From the NCBI GenBank assembly GCA_043779265.1, contig JAYWEM010000011.1, forward strand, positions 1 to 30,591: a stretch of 30,591 nucleotides of DNA. The letters run 5' to 3'. The stretch comes from a bacterium. Its GTDB lineage: Bacteria; Eisenbacteria; RBG-16-71-46. Each line of letters begins with the position of its first letter. Positions within the stretch are counted from its first letter, which is position 1. Of the stretch, positions 27,646-30,591 are shown one piece after another. The notes beneath the pieces are model-generated. The model had not been told where the DNA came from. It made no database searches and worked only from the letters and a program-made list of their open reading frames with translations. The translations under genes were made by a program, and so were the position numbers.

Positions 27646-28317
27646 ATGTCCATGAGCGGTTGGTCGGGCGCACTCTCGACGTCCTGGAAGCGGCACCGCT
27701 CGCTTCTGCTGCCCGCCTACCTGGGCGGCTTCGCCGTCTGTGCGATCGCGGCGTACGCGGGAGAGGGGCTCCACTACTACATCGACCTCCGCGACGGCAC
27801 TGGCCGATTCTCGGGCCTGATGTCGCTTGCCAGCGGGTTCGCCCTGCTCGCATTCGGCTGGTCGTTCCTGGCGGTCAGCCGCTCGCCTCTCGCACGCTCG
27901 AACCGATTCGCCTGGATCGGAGTGGGGCTGCTGGGCGTGATGCTCGCGTTCGACGAGGTGCTCCAACTCCACGAGGGGGCCGCCGCGATGATGGTTCGAG
28001 CGGGAGTGCCTGCTCCGTTCGGACTCGACTCGGATCTCTACATCTTCGGGGCCTACGCCGGCATCGCCGCGGTCCTGGCCTTGAAGCTGCGGCCGAGTCT
28101 CGGACGGCTTCCCGATCTGGCACTCCCCGCACTCCTCGCGATCGTCTTCTTCGCGCTCTCGCAGGGGATCGATCTGCTGCCCTGGCAGGCCTTCAGACAC
28201 GACCAGCAGCAGTGGGTGGGAGCAGCCGAAGAGGGCTCCAAGTGCCTCGGCAGTTGGAGCCTCGCGCTGCTCGGGCTGATCCTGTTGCAGTCGCCCGAGG
28301 CACGACGGACCGACTGA
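27646..28317 (+). CDS. Hypothetical multi-pass membrane protein
   Basis: SD GAGGAG; about 6 hydrophobic segments; membrane-proximal polar motifs FDEVLQLHE and AEEGSK. Confidence 0.7.
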   Translation: MSMSGWSGALSTSWKRHRSLLLPAYLGGFAVCAIAAYAGEGLHYYIDLRDGTGRFSGLMSLASGFALLAFGWSFLAVSRSPLARSNRFAWIGVGLLGVMLAFDEVLQLHEGAAAMMVRAGVPAPFGLDSDLYIFGAYAGIAAVLALKLRPSLGRLPDLALPALLAIVFFALSQGIDLLPWQAFRHDQQQWVGAAEEGSKCLGSWSLALLGLILLQSPEARRTD

Positions 28318-28330
28318 CGCAGGAATGCGA

Positions 28331-28366
28331 GAGGGCCCGACTTCTCTCGCGAGAGGCCGGGCCCTT
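28331..28366. terminator. Probable bidirectional terminator between convergent genes
   Basis: AGGGCCCG-A-CTTCTC-(TCGC)-GAGAGG-C-CGGGCCCT hairpin, followed by TCTGCTTC on + and CGCATTCCT on -. Confidence 0.65.
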
Positions 28367-28389
28367 CTGCTTCGTCTCGGTTCCGTTGA

Positions 28390-28626
28390 CTAGCCGCTGA
28401 GGATCTCGCCACCGCCCCTTGGTGCCTCGACCGGGCGTGCAGCCGGCTCCTCCGTCGGGGCTTCGCTCTCGGAAGGCGTGGAGGCCGGCGCCGTCGAGGC
28501 AGGCGGAGCCGCCTGACGCTTGGCCTGCTGCCACTGCCAGCCCGACCACGAGAGACCGAGCACCATCACGGTGAGAGCGGCGATCAGAAAGAAGCGGCTT
28601 CCGCTGGTCGAGGACTGTTCGGACAT
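28390..28626 (-). CDS. Small hypothetical single-pass membrane protein with Pro/Ala/Glu-rich tail
   Basis: Starts 2 nt after the pilX-like stop, with SD AGGAG inside the upstream gene end; TM segment FFLIAALTVMVLGLSW. Confidence 0.6.
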   Translation of the reverse strand: MSEQSSTSGSRFFLIAALTVMVLGLSWSGWQWQQAKRQAAPPASTAPASTPSESEAPTEEPAARPVEAPRGGGEILSG

Positions 28627-28628
28627 GC

Positions 28629-30278
28629 TCAGATCTCCTTCCAGGCCAGAGTACGGGCCGACGGGATGTTCGCGTTGAAGCGGGTGGTCGTGGGGTAGTA
28701 AGGCGGGATCAGGCCGCGGCGGTCGTAACGGAAGTTACGCGCGAAGCCGGTCTGCAGCGCTCCCGAGCTGTTGAACGTGAAGAAGGCGCCGTAGTAGCTG
28801 GCGACCACGCCACCACGCAGATTGAACGTGCCGCGCGGCGAGCCCGAGTTGTAGCTGTCCACACTGAACTCACCCGAACTGCCGGTCGCCATCACGTACG
28901 CATCGAGATTGCAGTTGCTCGGAGCGCTTGTCCCGACGCGCACACTGCCGTTGGTCGAGTAGAGACCGAGCACGTTGTTCGCGGCATCGTAGTTCTGCAT
29001 CGTGACATCACGCTGGACCACGATGTCGCCGATCGTGGCGATGAGCAGCTTCGTCCCGGTGGCGATCGCGGGCGGCGGCAGCCCGCTGACACGATCCGGA
29101 CCGCGAAGGTCGCTGATGCCGCCCGTCACGTAGAGTACGCCTCGCGGCGTGCCCGTGTAAGCGGTCACCGAGCCGGAACCCACCTGGATCGTCGTCGTGT
29201 TCGTGGTTTGGTTGACGGTGATGGTCTTCGTCGTCGAGCCCTGCACCATGCGGTAGTACTGAACGCCCGTGGCCGTGTCCGCCCACATCCGGCACTGGTC
29301 GAGCGAGCCCTGGACGTAGAGACCTCCCGTCAGGTTGGTCCCCGAGGTTGGCAGGTAGATGCCGTTCGCCGGAGTTCCGCTGCCCGAGGCGCCGATGGCC
29401 GTGTTGATCTGCGAGTTCGTCGGGGCGGATCCGGTCGAGGACATTCCGAGCGCGGCCGCCTGCTGGTTATAGGAGTTGGTCGGCAGCGGCACGTTGGGCT
29501 GGTTGCGGTCGAACCCGCCGTAGAAGTTGGGCGCGTCGAGTGTGCCGTTGTTGTTGGCGTTAAGCGTCTTCACGGTGCCGCCGCCATTGTAGTAGTCCGC
29601 CGTCGAGCTGACGCTCGTCACGTAGTCCTGGAACGTCGGCTTGTAGGCGAAGCGGAACTTCGTGTTCGTGTGCACGTGGCCGTCGAACGTGACGCTCGAG
29701 GTGAACCAGATGGCCGAGCCGCTCGCCGAGTTATGCGTGTTGGTGAAGATCAGGTAGTTGGAGAAGTTGCCTCGCGTCGCGCTGACGCGCAGGATCCCCT
29801 GCGCTTGGACGTTGCGGCGGCCCGTGTTGCCGATCGCGCCGGTCGACTGGATCGTGTAGAGGTAGTTGTAGACCTGCTGCGAGTCGGCGATCGTGCTGTT
29901 CATCCAGCGGATGCTCCCTGTCGCATTGAACGGAGGGTTCGTCGAGCTCACGGTCAGCGGGGCGCCATTGAACAGGCTGTCGGGCTGCGGGATCACCGGC
30001 CCAGTGGCGCCGCCGTTGGTCCACTGCGTGATCTTGGTCGCCAGCTGCGTGCCGGCGTAGTTGGCCAGCTGCTGCTGCTGCGTGCGCACGCCGGCGTCGG
30101 CGGCATAGAGCGAAGCCTTCGCGGTCTGGACGTTCGAGGAGACCGCCCGCTCGCCGATCGTCGTGCTCATGAACGTCACGACCATCACGCTGGAGAGGAG
30201 CACGACCAACACCGCCGCGACGAGCGCGATGCCGCGTTCGCTTCGAGTGGCCGAGAGAGGATCGGGGATGCGGGTCAT
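28629..30278 (-). CDS. PilX-like type IV minor pilin with large C-terminal beta-rich domain
   Basis: Class III signal ERG|IALVAAVLVVLLSS without Glu5; SLYAADAGV (PilX N-terminal motif); FDGHVHTN; C-terminal GF.RNFRYDRR...PPYYP...WKEI. SD AGGAG. Confidence 0.8.
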   Translation of the reverse strand: MTRIPDPLSATRSERGIALVAAVLVVLLSSVMVVTFMSTTIGERAVSSNVQTAKASLYAADAGVRTQQQQLANYAGTQLATKITQWTNGGATGPVIPQPDSLFNGAPLTVSSTNPPFNATGSIRWMNSTIADSQQVYNYLYTIQSTGAIGNTGRRNVQAQGILRVSATRGNFSNYLIFTNTHNSASGSAIWFTSSVTFDGHVHTNTKFRFAYKPTFQDYVTSVSSTADYYNGGGTVKTLNANNNGTLDAPNFYGGFDRNQPNVPLPTNSYNQQAAALGMSSTGSAPTNSQINTAIGASGSGTPANGIYLPTSGTNLTGGLYVQGSLDQCRMWADTATGVQYYRMVQGSTTKTITVNQTTNTTTIQVGSGSVTAYTGTPRGVLYVTGGISDLRGPDRVSGLPPPAIATGTKLLIATIGDIVVQRDVTMQNYDAANNVLGLYSTNGSVRVGTSAPSNCNLDAYVMATGSSGEFSVDSYNSGSPRGTFNLRGGVVASYYGAFFTFNSSGALQTGFARNFRYDRRGLIPPYYPTTTRFNANIPSARTLAWKEI

Positions 30279-30294
30279 GGGAAGTCTCCTCTTC

Positions 30295-30591
30295 TTAGAA
30301 GGTACGCGGACGGATCATCGCCCAGACGCTGTCCTGCAGCGTCGGGCGGCGCGCATCCCTGACACGCGTGGCGACTACGGGCACGATCATGCTGATTCTC
30401 GTCAGGTCCAACGGGTTGCGACTCCAGCTGCCATCGTCCAGCACATAGTGAACGCGGAAACCGTCCACGTTGTAGGCCACGACCTGCGGCGCGCCGCCGT
30501 TCTCGACCCGCACCAGCGCCGGGCGCCGGTACGTGAGCGAGTCGTACGTGTAGGTCGAGACGGTGACCTTGTAGACCGAGGAGCCGATGGC
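30295..30591 (-). CDS. C-terminal part of probable PilW-like minor pilin (5' truncated by window edge)
   Basis: Frame is open to the window end: ...YTYD...LVRVENGGAPQVVAYNVDGFRVHY...IRPRTF, a PilW-like C-terminal pattern, directly upstream of the pilX-like gene. Confidence 0.6.
   Translation of the reverse strand, partial: AIGSSVYKVTVSTYTYDSLTYRRPALVRVENGGAPQVVAYNVDGFRVHYVLDDGSWSRNPLDLTRISMIVPVVATRVRDARRPTLQDSVWAMIRPRTF

Noticed and set aside
27540..28400. Possible genomic island integrated at tRNA-Leu
   Set aside because: No integrase, no duplicated tRNA 3' end and no obvious compositional shift within the window.

Overview
GC-rich, gene-dense bacterial chromosomal window of mostly housekeeping and energy-metabolism genes; the lineage cannot be fixed from sequence alone. 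In order: (1) a + strand redox/C4 run (partial type II NADH dehydrogenase-like gene, sthA, OsmC-family gene, fumC, PLP Ser/Thr dehydratase, stand-alone Hpt protein); (2) a - strand carbohydrate cluster (glk, tkt, malQ, tal, pgi-like) interleaved with three exported thioredoxin-fold proteins; (3) moeB/moeZ and an M48 metalloprotease lipoprotein; (4) a small ZU5-like lipoprotein with a C-terminal HFS motif behind a candidate sigma54/IHF promoter; (5) an alternative complex III operon actABCDEF, with no actG or oxidase genes beside it and an ActB that keeps an N-terminal 4-Cys Fe-S motif, followed closely by tRNA-Leu(TAA); (6) a hypothetical membrane protein and the convergent end of a type IV pilus minor-pilin locus. 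No CRISPR array, transposase, integrase or prophage gene was seen. Best leads: the putative self-cleaving ZU5/HFS lipoprotein, the ActB variant, the TTA codon/hairpin/tRNA-Leu(UAA) arrangement after actF, and apparent leaderless promoters. All calls come from motif recognition by eye, not database searches.
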